A DNA stretch of 59,043 bases from Clostridiales bacterium (GTDB lineage Bacteria > Bacillota > Clostridia > Peptostreptococcales > Anaerovoracaceae). The DNA lies in the NCBI GenBank assembly GCA_012735145.1, contig JAAYIA010000004.1, positions 1 to 59,043 of the forward strand, written 5' to 3'. Shown in pieces: positions 9,227-18,674 of the stretch (positions are counted from its first letter, which is position 1; each line of letters opens with the position of its first letter). A program made the translations under genes and the position numbers. The notes beneath the pieces are model-generated. The model saw nothing but the letters and a program-made list of their open reading frames with translations, made no database searches and was not told where the DNA came from.

Positions 9227-9994
9227 TTATCTCTGTCTTTCATACAAGCTCATAATTTCGTCTGTATATCTATCGTTCCTTGTGCGTACAATTATATTCG
9301 GCAAGATTTTCAGTTCAGGTCCTCCCCCCTTGACGGCATGTATAAGAACAATGTTCGCAGGCTCCCCCTCACGTGGTAAAACCATCTGAATTTCTTTGGG
9401 CTCAAGATCGACACTTCTAAGTGCTTCAAATATGTCTACAAGCCTGTCCGGTCTGTGAACAAGATAAAGGCTGCTGAATTTTTCCAGTATTTGAGATACG
9501 ACAGTAGCAAAGTCATATATCCCGGCTGTTGTCTCATGTCTCGCAATATACCTCGACTCTTGGCTTGATGGTATCGAAGCTCCTTTTCTAAAATATGGCG
9601 GATTTGATACAACAGCATCAAACCGGATATCTTGTTCTTCGCTGAGATCTACCCAGTCTTTAACGTCCATTGTTGCAAACTTGATTCTGTCATCCAAACC
9701 ATTAAGCTTGCATGATCTTGTGGCCCTGTCGATAGCATCTTGCATTATATCAATACCCACGAGGGTAGTCTTGGGAATTTTATGAGAGATAATGAATGCG
9801 ACAACACCGCTTCCGGTCCCAATATCCGCAATGTAGCTTCCCGGCTGTATTCCTCTTGCTCCGGTCTCACCTGAGGCAAAAGCTGCAAGAAGCACAGAGT
9901 CAATTCCATAACCGAAATCCTCATGCTGTATAAGCTTTATCCCGTCAAAACCAATGTCGTCTATTCTTTCTCCGTCTTGAAGCTTTTGTATCAT
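9227..9994 (-). CDS. SAM-dependent methyltransferase, YabB / tRNA1(Val) (adenine37-N6)-methyltransferase-like
   Basis: 255 aa with the SAM motif DIGTGSGVVA and catalytic NPPYF. It has the same position as B. subtilis yabB after yaaT. Its ATG overlaps the upstream stop (TAATG). Confidence 0.75.
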   Translation of the reverse strand: MIQKLQDGERIDDIGFDGIKLIQHEDFGYGIDSVLLAAFASGETGARGIQPGSYIADIGTGSGVVAFIISHKIPKTTLVGIDIMQDAIDRATRSCKLNGLDDRIKFATMDVKDWVDLSEEQDIRFDAVVSNPPYFRKGASIPSSQESRYIARHETTAGIYDFATVVSQILEKFSSLYLVHRPDRLVDIFEALRSVDLEPKEIQMVLPREGEPANIVLIHAVKGGGPELKILPNIIVRTRNDRYTDEIMSLYERQR

Positions 9995-10914
9995 TAGAAA
10001 TCTCTCATCAGTGCCTCTAATTCACGGATATCTTCTTCGATTGTTTCATCGGCATCCAAGCTTTCTTCTTTCTGACCTTTCAGTTTCTTTCTTTTTATTT
10101 CTTCTTTTGAGAAAGTTTTTATCTTGTGATCAAAAACTTCTTCTCCTGTTTCAGGATCTATCTCTATTCCTCTTGTATTAATTTTTCCGTTAAAGTAGTC
10201 TACGCTAATAACTTTGGCTGGTCCATCAGGTGTATCTACTCTCTCGTTATCGTTAGGCATTCCCTTTCGAAGTTCCCTGTATGTCTTGTCCTCAAAGTTT
10301 AGACAACACATTAGTCTTCCACAGGTCCCAGAAATTTTTGTCGGATTCAAAGACAAATTCTGCTGTTTTGCTCTCTTAATAGAAACCGGTTGGAATTCAT
10401 GTAACCATTTACTGCAACAAAGCGGTCTTCCGCATATGCCGATACCACCGAGCATTTTTGCTTCGTCTCTTACGCCTATCTGCCTAAGTTCAATCCTGTT
10501 CCGAAAAGTTCCTGCAAGATCTTTGGCAAGTTCTCTAAAATCCACTCTTCCATCAGATGAGAAATAGAATACTATCTTAGATCCGTCAATCATAAACTCA
10601 ACATCTATCAGCTTCATATCGAGATTGTGTTTTGCTATTTTTTCCGTACAGGCTTTGAGGGCCTCCTCTCTGCGTGATAGATTCTCATGATATGCTTCCA
10701 GATCTTTTTCTGTAGCTCTTCTCTCAATCGGTTTTAGTTCTGCAACTAGATCCTCTTGCTTAATCATCTTGTTCTCTATTAAAATACGCCCGAGCTCCAT
10801 GCCTCTTGCTGTTTCGACAATTACTTTGTCGCCTCGGTGATATTTTTTCCCTTCTGGATCGAAATAGTAGGTCTTCCCTGATTTGCGAAATCCTACTCCA
10901 ACTATCTCAACCAT
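9994..10914 (-). CDS. ricT: PSP1-domain protein (stage 0 sporulation protein YaaT / RicT)
   Basis: 306 aa with Cys clusters CGRPLCCSKWL and CGRLMCCLNFE. Synteny is with holB-yaaT-yabB. Confidence 0.85.
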   Translation of the reverse strand: MVEIVGVGFRKSGKTYYFDPEGKKYHRGDKVIVETARGMELGRILIENKMIKQEDLVAELKPIERRATEKDLEAYHENLSRREEALKACTEKIAKHNLDMKLIDVEFMIDGSKIVFYFSSDGRVDFRELAKDLAGTFRNRIELRQIGVRDEAKMLGGIGICGRPLCCSKWLHEFQPVSIKRAKQQNLSLNPTKISGTCGRLMCCLNFEDKTYRELRKGMPNDNERVDTPDGPAKVISVDYFNGKINTRGIEIDPETGEEVFDHKIKTFSKEEIKRKKLKGQKEESLDADETIEEDIRELEALMRDF

Positions 10915-10925
10915 AAATTTCCTCC

Positions 10926-11720
10926 TTATTGAATCTCCAGAATCAGCCTCTTCAAAGCTTTACTGTAGTCCATTCCTCTCTTGATGTCTTTGACGGCCTC
11001 TTCAGCAATGTCAATCATATCTGCCATTTCTTCTCTCATTGTGCCGTGTATCATATTGTATCTGTATTCATCTTCAAGCATACCTATAAGCTTCTCAGCA
11101 TCTTGACGTGTTTTAATATTCTTTGCTATAACGTTCCTTTTTTCATAGAAAAAGGATTCTTCTCTCATAATCGTTTCTAATGCTTCACAAAGCATCTCTG
11201 CAGCGGATTCATCTTCATACTGCTCTGTATAATCGCGCACCCTTATAGTGATACATCTCGATTGAATGGTTTTCAAAAGCCTCGATTTGTTTGATGAACC
11301 AAGTATTATAACAACTCCCCTTTCGGGTTCTTCCAAAGTTTTGAGAAGCTTGTTCTGTATAATTTCAGTGAGAGAATCTGCATCGTCAATAATCCCGATA
11401 ACATGCTTGCCATATGAACCCAAACGCAGTCTCTCCATCATTTCTGTGGCGTCTTCTGTTTTGTAGGAATTTTTGCCGGTCATTTCCATATGAACGATAT
11501 CCATACTCGTTCCCTTGGCTATCTGCCTGCAAGATGCACATTGGCCGCAAGGTCTTAATGCTGAATCTGTTTCTTCGCACTCGAGTATTGAAGCTAATTT
11601 CTCCACAAATGCTTCTCTAACTCTGGTTTCCTTCTCTTCGACAATATATGCGCGAGAAAAATTCGTATCTCTTCCGGTATTTAAGATCATATTATTAATC
11701 TTAGTTGTATCAAACTGCAT
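10926..11720 (-). CDS. holB: DNA polymerase III subunit delta' (short form)
   Basis: 264 aa with zinc module CGQCASCRQ, box IIDDADSLT, KTLEEP and sensor SRC. It lies downstream of tmk, as in Bacillus. Confidence 0.8.
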   Translation of the reverse strand: MQFDTTKINNMILNTGRDTNFSRAYIVEEKETRVREAFVEKLASILECEETDSALRPCGQCASCRQIAKGTSMDIVHMEMTGKNSYKTEDATEMMERLRLGSYGKHVIGIIDDADSLTEIIQNKLLKTLEEPERGVVIILGSSNKSRLLKTIQSRCITIRVRDYTEQYEDESAAEMLCEALETIMREESFFYEKRNVIAKNIKTRQDAEKLIGMLEDEYRYNMIHGTMREEMADMIDIAEEAVKDIKRGMDYSKALKRLILEIQ

Positions 11721-11734
11721 GCTTACTATTTCCT

Positions 11735-12355
11735 CTACCTAGTACCAAGTTCCTCTAAATATGATCTAATCTCTTTTCTGATATCGTCTATAGATCCTGT
11801 TGCATCTATTCGTTTTACTCTGTCAGGCTCTTTCTCCGCTATCTTCTTGTATCCTTCGTACACTCTATAATGAAAACCCAAGTTTTCTCTTTCCAGTCTG
11901 TCAGGCTCCCCTGTCTTTGCAGCTCTTACACCACCAATCTTAGGGTCTATATCAAGCCAGAATGTTATATCCGGTCTTAAGCCTCCGGTAGCTATTGAGT
12001 TGACCTCGGAAACCATCTCCCCCAGCTTTCTTCCATATCCTTGGTAAGCAATCGAAGAATCTACAAATCTATCGCAAATAATAATTTCTCCGCGTGCCAG
12101 TGCTGGTTTTATAAACTCTCTGACGCTTTGAGCTCTCGCAGCAGCATATATCATCATCTCTGTCACGGCTTCCATTTCAGCATTGCCCTTATCTAGCAGT
12201 ATATTTCTGAGCATCTCGCTTATGCGTGTACCTCCTGGTTCTCTTGTACACACCACAACACAGTTCTTCTCTTTGAAGAATTTCTCTATATACTCTATCT
12301 GCGTTGATTTGCCTGCTCCGTCGCCGCCTTCAAGCGTAATGAAAAGCCCCCCCAT
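11735..12355 (-). CDS. tmk: dTMP (thymidylate) kinase
   Basis: 206 aa with P-loop ITLEGGDGAGKSTQ and the DRFVDSSIAYQG motif. Confidence 0.95.
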   Translation of the reverse strand: MGGLFITLEGGDGAGKSTQIEYIEKFFKEKNCVVVCTREPGGTRISEMLRNILLDKGNAEMEAVTEMMIYAAARAQSVREFIKPALARGEIIICDRFVDSSIAYQGYGRKLGEMVSEVNSIATGGLRPDITFWLDIDPKIGGVRAAKTGEPDRLERENLGFHYRVYEGYKKIAEKEPDRVKRIDATGSIDDIRKEIRSYLEELGTR

Positions 12356-12528
12356 TAGCGTCTTTCTCTCCTCTCCTTGCTTCTGTTAACGTATGTTTTT
12401 CCCGTCCTATTGACATCTTTTCTTGCCGTTCTATTCACATACCTCAATACCTGTATATATAAGAAAAATGCAAAGGCAATTACAGGAGCTGCAAGCAATA
12501 TTAATAAAAGTATTTTAAATAAAATCAT
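12355..12528 (-). CDS. Unannotated 57-aa single-pass membrane micro-protein, translationally coupled to tmk
   Basis: Hand translation gives MILFKILLLILLAAPVIAFAFFLYIQVLRYVNRTARKDVNRTGKTYVNRSKERRERR*. Its TAA overlaps the tmk ATG (TAATG). It falls below the ORF-track size cut-off. There is no SD, but a TATAAT box lies 9 nt upstream of the ATG, so it may be leaderless. Confidence 0.35.
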   Translation of the reverse strand: MILFKILLLILLAAPVIAFAFFLYIQVLRYVNRTARKDVNRTGKTYVNRSKERRERR

Positions 12529-12676
12529 ACAAAATAATTATAGCATACAATCTATGAATATCTGTATGCTTATTGTCTGAATTTTCTCTCCCAAAATTTC
12601 TGACTGCTTTGCAATAGGTATTATATTTGTTTATAATTAAACATTAGAAACAGATAATAAATTTAAAGGAGTTACA

Positions 12677-14344
12677 ATGAATAATATTGACCTTAGTAAT
12701 CTCATATATCCTTCTCTTCCTCACACTCCTGAGGAGTATGAAAGCATATATCCGGCAAGAACTCTTCCTCAAGGAGCCAAGGTAACCCGTCTTGGTCCAA
12801 GCCCTACCGGTTTTATTCATCTCGGTAACCTCTACGGGGCCTTTGTAGATGAACGTCTTGCATCTCAAAGTAACGGTGTTTTCTATTTGAGAATTGAAGA
12901 TACCGACGAGAAGAGATATGTCGAAAACGCTGTTGAAACAATTATCTCTTCACTAAATTTTTTTGACATATGCTTCAACGAAGGTGTTACAGAAGATGGA
13001 GATATAGGCAAATACGGCAGCTATACACAAAGCGAAAGAAAAGAAATCTATCAAACCTTTGCAAAAGAGCTTCTTGCTAAGGGTATGGCTTACCCTTGTT
13101 TCCTCAGCGAAAAAGAAATCTCTTCTATTCGCGAAGAACAGGAAACCCTTAAAATAACTCCCGGCATTTATGACGGTTGGTCAAAATATAGGAATTTTGA
13201 CATAGACTCTGATATATCAGCAGAAGTAGAACGCAGAATTAAGGCTGGCGATCCTTTTGTGATAAGATTCAAGTCAAAGGGCGTCCCGAACCTCTCTGCA
13301 GAAGAAACCAAGAGACATAATGTTAAAGATGCTATTAGGGGCACGCTTTCTGTTCCGTGTAATTTTCAAGATATTGTAATAATAAAGCGTACCGGTATAC
13401 CTACTTATCATTTTGCTCATGTTGTGGACGACCACCTTATGAGGACAACTCATGTGGTAAGAGGTGAAGAATGGCTTTCATCTCTGCCTATACATATCGA
13501 ACTGTTTGCAGCTTTGGGGTGGAGCCTGCCTGTATACTGTCATACGGCACAACTCATGAAGATTGATGAAGACGGCAACAAACGTAAACTTTCAAAGAGA
13601 AAAGATCCTGAGCTTTCTCTTGATTACTATAGAAGTCAAGGCTATCATCCTACTGCTGTAAGAGAATACTTAATGACTATTCTAAACTCAGACTTCGAGG
13701 AATGGCGAGCAGAACATCCGACTTCAGATATTGACGAATTCAATTTCACAACAGAAAAAATGTCTGGAAGCGGTGCTCTCTTCGACTTGAACAAGCTCAA
13801 TGATGTCAGTAAGAACACTTTACTGAGAATAAATGTTTCTGAAATAGCATCTTGGCTTAAGAAATGGGCGTATGAATTCGCCCCTGAATATGCTTATGTG
13901 TTTAAGGATATGGATACCCTCGAGCAGCTTCTCGATATAGGCAGACACGATGCTCGTCCAAGAACAGACCTTGTATACGCAAGGCAGATTATGGATTTTA
14001 TTGGATATTTCTTTGATGAAAGCTTTGAGATTCAAGACGAATATCCTGCCGAGGCTTCCACTGATGCCAAAGTTATACTGCAAAAATATCTTGATACTTA
14101 TAACTATGACGATAATAACGAAGCTTGGTTTAACAAAATCAGATCAATTGCAACAGAGCTCGGATATGCAGGTAAGCCGAAAGACTATAAGAAAAACCCA
14201 GATAAATATAAGGGGCATGTCGGGCATGTCAGTTCAGTTATACGTATTGCAATTACTGGCAAGGTTCAATCCCCTGAATTATGGACGATACAACAAATAA
14301 TGGGCGAAGATAAAACAAGAGAACGTATCTACGCATGTTTATAG
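12677..14344 (+). CDS. gltX: Glutamate--tRNA ligase (long, 555-aa form)
   Basis: Class-I signatures: PSPTGFIHLGN (the HIGH equivalent), FYLRIEDTD and KLSKRK (KMSKS). RBS AAAGGAG. Confidence 0.85.
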   Translation: MNNIDLSNLIYPSLPHTPEEYESIYPARTLPQGAKVTRLGPSPTGFIHLGNLYGAFVDERLASQSNGVFYLRIEDTDEKRYVENAVETIISSLNFFDICFNEGVTEDGDIGKYGSYTQSERKEIYQTFAKELLAKGMAYPCFLSEKEISSIREEQETLKITPGIYDGWSKYRNFDIDSDISAEVERRIKAGDPFVIRFKSKGVPNLSAEETKRHNVKDAIRGTLSVPCNFQDIVIIKRTGIPTYHFAHVVDDHLMRTTHVVRGEEWLSSLPIHIELFAALGWSLPVYCHTAQLMKIDEDGNKRKLSKRKDPELSLDYYRSQGYHPTAVREYLMTILNSDFEEWRAEHPTSDIDEFNFTTEKMSGSGALFDLNKLNDVSKNTLLRINVSEIASWLKKWAYEFAPEYAYVFKDMDTLEQLLDIGRHDARPRTDLVYARQIMDFIGYFFDESFEIQDEYPAEASTDAKVILQKYLDTYNYDDNNEAWFNKIRSIATELGYAGKPKDYKKNPDKYKGHVGHVSSVIRIAITGKVQSPELWTIQQIMGEDKTRERIYACL

Positions 14345-14356
14345 GAAGGATATAAA

Positions 14357-15268
14357 ATGGAACCGATTCTAATAATTATGGCCGCCGGCATCGGAAGCCG
14401 TTATGGTGGAATCAAACAACTTGACAAGATTACAGATCAAGGTGACATAATAATGGACTTCAGCCTTTACGATGCGTATGAAGCAGGATTCAGGAGGGTC
14501 TGTTTTATCATTAAAGAAGAGTTTGAAGATGTGTTTAGGGCACATATTGAAAACGGTGCAGGGAAAAAGTACGAAGTTAAATACGTATTCCAAGATATTA
14601 ACGATATTCCCGAAGGCTATACTCTTCCCAAAGGAAGGATAAAGCCTTGGGGGACAGGACATGCAGTTCTTTCAGCCAGAAGGAATATCGACTCATCTTT
14701 TGCGGTTATCAACGCAGATGATTACTATGGCAAAGAAGGTTTTGTGAAAATATATGATTTTCTTACAACTAAGGCCGATGCCTCGCATAATTGCATGGTG
14801 GGTTTTGAGATTGAAAAAACCCTGTCACAAAACGGCACTGTATCTCGTGGTATTTGCAAGGTCAAGGATGGAAAACTTAATGAAATAGTTGAACATCTCA
14901 AGGTAAGTAAGAATCCTCAAACAGGCCTGATTACAGACATTCTCCCTGATGGAACTTCCGTTGTTATTCCTTCCGACTCACCTGTATCAATGAACTTATG
15001 GGGTTTTGGCCCGGAATACATTGATCTTCTTGAAGCCGGCTTCATTACCGCCCTTGATAGGATAATGACCGAAAACCCTATGAAAGGCGAATACTATATA
15101 CAGGTACCTATTAATGATCAGCTTGCTGATTCCTCAGCTTCTTGTGAAGTTCTACCTTCATCCGATCAGTGGTTTGGAATTACATATAAAGAAGATAAGC
15201 CGGATGTAATAAAAAAATTCGCTGCCCTTAAAGAGAGCAGCGAATATCCTATGAATCTTTGGGAATAA
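14357..15268 (+). CDS. Sugar-phosphate nucleotidyltransferase family protein
   Basis: 303 aa with the N-terminal IIMAAGIGSRYGG.KQL nucleotide-binding loop. Confidence 0.65.
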   Translation: MEPILIIMAAGIGSRYGGIKQLDKITDQGDIIMDFSLYDAYEAGFRRVCFIIKEEFEDVFRAHIENGAGKKYEVKYVFQDINDIPEGYTLPKGRIKPWGTGHAVLSARRNIDSSFAVINADDYYGKEGFVKIYDFLTTKADASHNCMVGFEIEKTLSQNGTVSRGICKVKDGKLNEIVEHLKVSKNPQTGLITDILPDGTSVVIPSDSPVSMNLWGFGPEYIDLLEAGFITALDRIMTENPMKGEYYIQVPINDQLADSSASCEVLPSSDQWFGITYKEDKPDVIKKFAALKESSEYPMNLWE

Positions 15269-15296
15269 ATGTATCAAGTTTTTGATTTAAATAGAT

Positions 15297-16223
15297 TTAA
15301 CGTTTGGAAACCTTGACTTTGATTTTTTGGCCTAACGACGATTCTGCGATTTTTATTCCATTTGGAAGATTATATTCAATATCTATGCTCTTATCCTCAT
15401 ATATATTGGAGATATCTATCTTCTTCGTTGTAATAGTATCTATTTTTTTGATTTTCTGTGCAGGCCCCTTAATCATCACTTTATCTTCTGTTTCATAAAT
15501 TCTGTTATACCCGTTATCCTGAGAATTTATAACATTAGTCACAAGCTTTACCTCTTTTGTAGTGCCTACGACAGCGGTAAACCTTATCTCACTTGGTAGA
15601 ATTACTATATGATTTATCTTTTCTCCATTTTTATCTATAGCTATGGGTTCAACAGTAAATCTCTTCTTTTCATTAGAAACTTCTGTGGCGTTAAGATAAG
15701 CGACCACTCTATCAATTTTCTGAATATTACTCTTTGAACCGACCGCTGAAACTCTGTCATATGTCATATTACTTGCATAAGGTTCGAACTGAGTGTCAAC
15801 TTTCTCTTTATATTGAACCGATATATCAAAATCATCGCCGTAGCTATACTCAATAGCCAAAGAAATCGAATCGGCTTCTGTCTCTGTTACTTCTGTTCCC
15901 GCAGGCCCTTCTATCTCGAGACTTATTCCATTCTCCCCTTCAACTGCAGCGCTTACATCAGCAATAACACTAATATTATCTGCCGAGATGTTCTTGGTAT
16001 CTACTCTTTGTTGTTCAAGCGAGACATCAATAGCATCATAGTTTGATTTTGAAACTGCCAGTCCTTTATCTGCTAAAATATCCTCTCCTACGAATTTAAT
16101 AGGAACATCTTTATATTTAATCTCACAGGTAGGATCAAAGTTATAAACAACATATATCCAAGCAACGAAAGAGATTAAGAGGGCAAGAATGATATTAAGA
16201 GTTTTTCTTTTCCTAATTTCCAC
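15297..16223 (-). CDS. cdaR: YbbR-domain protein CdaR (regulator of diadenylate cyclase)
   Basis: One TM helix followed by repeated YbbR-like beta domains. I place the start at the GTG at 16223 (AGGAGG 7 nt upstream), overlapping the cdaA stop, rather than the track start at 16268, which would overlap cdaA by 55 nt. Confidence 0.75.
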   Translation of the reverse strand: MEIRKRKTLNIILALLISFVAWIYVVYNFDPTCEIKYKDVPIKFVGEDILADKGLAVSKSNYDAIDVSLEQQRVDTKNISADNISVIADVSAAVEGENGISLEIEGPAGTEVTETEADSISLAIEYSYGDDFDISVQYKEKVDTQFEPYASNMTYDRVSAVGSKSNIQKIDRVVAYLNATEVSNEKKRFTVEPIAIDKNGEKINHIVILPSEIRFTAVVGTTKEVKLVTNVINSQDNGYNRIYETEDKVMIKGPAQKIKKIDTITTKKIDISNIYEDKSIDIEYNLPNGIKIAESSLGQKIKVKVSKR

Positions 16224-17049
16224 TCTTTCTTCCTCCTTTGAAAAATTTACCGAAGAAATCAGTATCATCGGTCGTTGTAATATAGAGATCCAAAAGCATC
16301 TTCTCTAGAGTTTTGAGATCGAGGAACCTTTTTAATTCTCCATTTTGGGCAACCGAAATAGCACCCGTTTCTTCAGATACGATTATGACGAAGGCATCCG
16401 ATACTTCACTCAGCCCCAAGCCGGCCCTATGCCTTGTGCCGAGGTTTTTTCCTAAAGTTGTCCGATTTGTCAACGGAAGAACGCAGCTTGCAGCATAAAC
16501 TCTTATTCCCCTTATTATCACAGCCCCGTCATGTAGAGGTGACCCTTCATAGAAAATATTTCCCAGCAATCTAACCGACATTTCCGCATCGACTACCACT
16601 CCGGTTTCAATGATATCCGACAACATAGTCTCCCCTTCTATGACCATTAGTGCTCCTGTTTTCATAGATGAAAAATCGTCGACAGAATCAACTATCTTGT
16701 GTACGGTTGCGTATAACTCTTCGTTGCCTATATCACGGAACTGCATCGGGATAACTCCCCTTCTTCCAATCTGCTCAAGCCCTCTTCTTATCTCAGGCTG
16801 AAATAGAATTACAACTGCAATTATTCCGACGGTTAACAAGCTTCTAAGTAACCAATTTAATAGGTTCAGTCCCAATATTTGTGAAACAAAAAATATAGCA
16901 ATGACAAGGAACACCCCTCTAAACAGCTGCTGTGCTCTCGTCTTCTTGATAAAGCCAAACAACTTATACAAAAGGTATGCAACAATAACGATATCAATGA
17001 TATCCGTGATTTTGACAGTCATTAACAGGCCTGTTATCTTGTCTGCCAT
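16213..17049 (-). CDS. cdaA: Diadenylate cyclase CdaA
   Basis: 278 aa with three N-terminal TM helices and DAC-domain motifs DGAVII and GTRHRAGLGLSE. Confidence 0.92.
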   Translation of the reverse strand: MADKITGLLMTVKITDIIDIVIVAYLLYKLFGFIKKTRAQQLFRGVFLVIAIFFVSQILGLNLLNWLLRSLLTVGIIAVVILFQPEIRRGLEQIGRRGVIPMQFRDIGNEELYATVHKIVDSVDDFSSMKTGALMVIEGETMLSDIIETGVVVDAEMSVRLLGNIFYEGSPLHDGAVIIRGIRVYAASCVLPLTNRTTLGKNLGTRHRAGLGLSEVSDAFVIIVSEETGAISVAQNGELKRFLDLKTLEKMLLDLYITTTDDTDFFGKFFKGGRKSGN

Positions 17050-17140
17050 TCTTCCTCCGATTATTTATTTATAGTTTCGTTTATATTTTCCAATACTAAT
17101 GGATTTGAGTTTTCCCAGTTTAAATTCAAGCATCTCTTTA

Positions 17141-18589
17141 TTATTCTATGATCGTTATGCTTCCATCCTTTTCAGTTTTGAGTGTCTGTCCATTCATCAC
17201 AGCTTCTATATATGATTTTGCCATCTCAATGCTGTCGGGATCTTGTGTCATAACATATGCAGCCGCTGATCCTGTAGTATAAGTTCCCATCGAGCCGTCA
17301 CCACCCACCAATGCGTTCTTGGTTATATTCCATTTTGGATTTCTTGCCAATTGCATCTTCACAAGAGATCTCATTTCTCTTGAACTAAAACTCATTTCAA
17401 AGTATTTCTTCAATTCAGACAGGACCTTGTTATAACTCAGAACCATAGTTTTGCTGTTCATAGCTTTCTTGAGTATCGCTTCAAGGACAGCCTGCTGATT
17501 CTTTACTCTTTGGTTATCACCTTCATCAAATGCTTTTCTTTCTCTCGCAAAAGCCAGAGCCTCTTCACCGTTCATGTGATTCCAGCCCTTCTTGACTGTC
17601 CAGTTTTTTCTTTTGACCGGAACAAACTCATAATCCGACTTCACATCAACACCGCCAATGGCATTTATAAACTTCTTAACAGTTGTAAAATTTACTTTCA
17701 CATAGTAATTAGCGTCTATATCCAGAAGACTTTCCTCTGCACCGACTGTGGTTGCAACGCTATAAAAGCCCGTATGAGTCAATTTATCCATCGCATAATC
17801 CATATCAGGCATGTATATCTGATAATCTCTCGGTATCGATGTCATCAATATCTGCTCTGTTGAAGGGTTAACAGTGACGACCATGTTTACATCAGAACGT
17901 CCCTGCTCGTCGATTGTTCCGTTCACATCTATTCCTGTTATAACGAAATTAAACGGGTCCTTCGTAATCTTTTCAACGCGTTTATCATTATCTACTGACG
18001 TATAGTTAAGGAATGTCAGGGTTCCTATGGCATATGCGGAACCAAGTAAATACATTCCCATCAAAAGAATACTCGTTACAGATGCAATGTCTCTTACAGT
18101 AGGTGAAATATTCTTCTTCCTTAATTGAACTACCAAAATGAAACTGAGAAGAATCAATATTAGATAAAAGATTATGAGGGTGACAAATGGAAGGATATCC
18201 AGAATTGTCATAATCGCAGCGAAAACAACCAAAGAAATTAAATACAATACAGAAAGTCCTTTGTGGAACTTTCCTGCCTTTCTCTTCTTCTTATTGCTCT
18301 TGGTTTTCTTGTTACCGTATGTGCTACGGTATTTGTCGTACGCTTCTTTCTGTGCCTGCTTTTTAGCAGCAGCTAATTCCACCTCAGAAGGATGTTCTTG
18401 CCTTGATCGACGTTTAACATCTCCAGAAACTTCCTGTGCTTTTCTTTCCCTGGGTTGTCCTCTTAATTCAGAATAGGCTTTCGCCTCATCGTACTGACTT
18501 TTTGCTCCATCACTCGAATGCTCTTCAGGAATTGGTTTACCATAGTCAAAATTAAGCAGATCGTCTAGATCTTGGTCTTTGCGACTCAT
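17141..18589 (-). CDS. LCP (LytR-CpsA-Psr) family cell-wall glycopolymer transferase
   Basis: 482 aa: a basic cytoplasmic N-terminus, TM helices, and an LCP domain with MTSIPRD and RERKAFDEGDNQRVKNQQ. Confidence 0.85.
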   Translation of the reverse strand: MSRKDQDLDDLLNFDYGKPIPEEHSSDGAKSQYDEAKAYSELRGQPRERKAQEVSGDVKRRSRQEHPSEVELAAAKKQAQKEAYDKYRSTYGNKKTKSNKKKRKAGKFHKGLSVLYLISLVVFAAIMTILDILPFVTLIIFYLILILLSFILVVQLRKKNISPTVRDIASVTSILLMGMYLLGSAYAIGTLTFLNYTSVDNDKRVEKITKDPFNFVITGIDVNGTIDEQGRSDVNMVVTVNPSTEQILMTSIPRDYQIYMPDMDYAMDKLTHTGFYSVATTVGAEESLLDIDANYYVKVNFTTVKKFINAIGGVDVKSDYEFVPVKRKNWTVKKGWNHMNGEEALAFARERKAFDEGDNQRVKNQQAVLEAILKKAMNSKTMVLSYNKVLSELKKYFEMSFSSREMRSLVKMQLARNPKWNITKNALVGGDGSMGTYTTGSAAAYVMTQDPDSIEMAKSYIEAVMNGQTLKTEKDGSITIIE

Positions 18590-18608
18590 ATATTGTTCCC
18601 CTCTGGCT

Positions 18609-18674
18609 ATCTGTTTCTATATTTCTGTCTCTATATTTCTGTCTCTATATTTCTGTCTCTATATTTCTGTCTCT
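18609..18674. repeat. Tandem repeat: four perfect copies of the 14-bp unit ATATTTCTGTCTCT plus one degenerate copy
   Basis: Perfect units lie at 18619-18632, 18633-18646, 18647-18660 and 18661-18674. A degenerate ATCTGTTTCT copy is at 18609-18618. The array spans the hpf stop codon and ends about 20 nt upstream of the LCP start. Confidence 0.95.

Noticed and set aside
12529-12676. A T-box leader upstream of gltX, and an S-box upstream of the MtnA-like gene (53188-53340)
   Set aside because: Both regions are short and AT-rich. They lack the T-box (AGGGTGGTACCGCG-like) or S-box (GAGGGA...GCCC) cores and any terminator/antiterminator pair.
18609-18674. The 14-bp repeat array as a CRISPR array or mini-CRISPR
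   Set aside because: The repeats are directly abutting with no spacers, the unit is far too short, and no cas genes are present. It is a simple tandem repeat.
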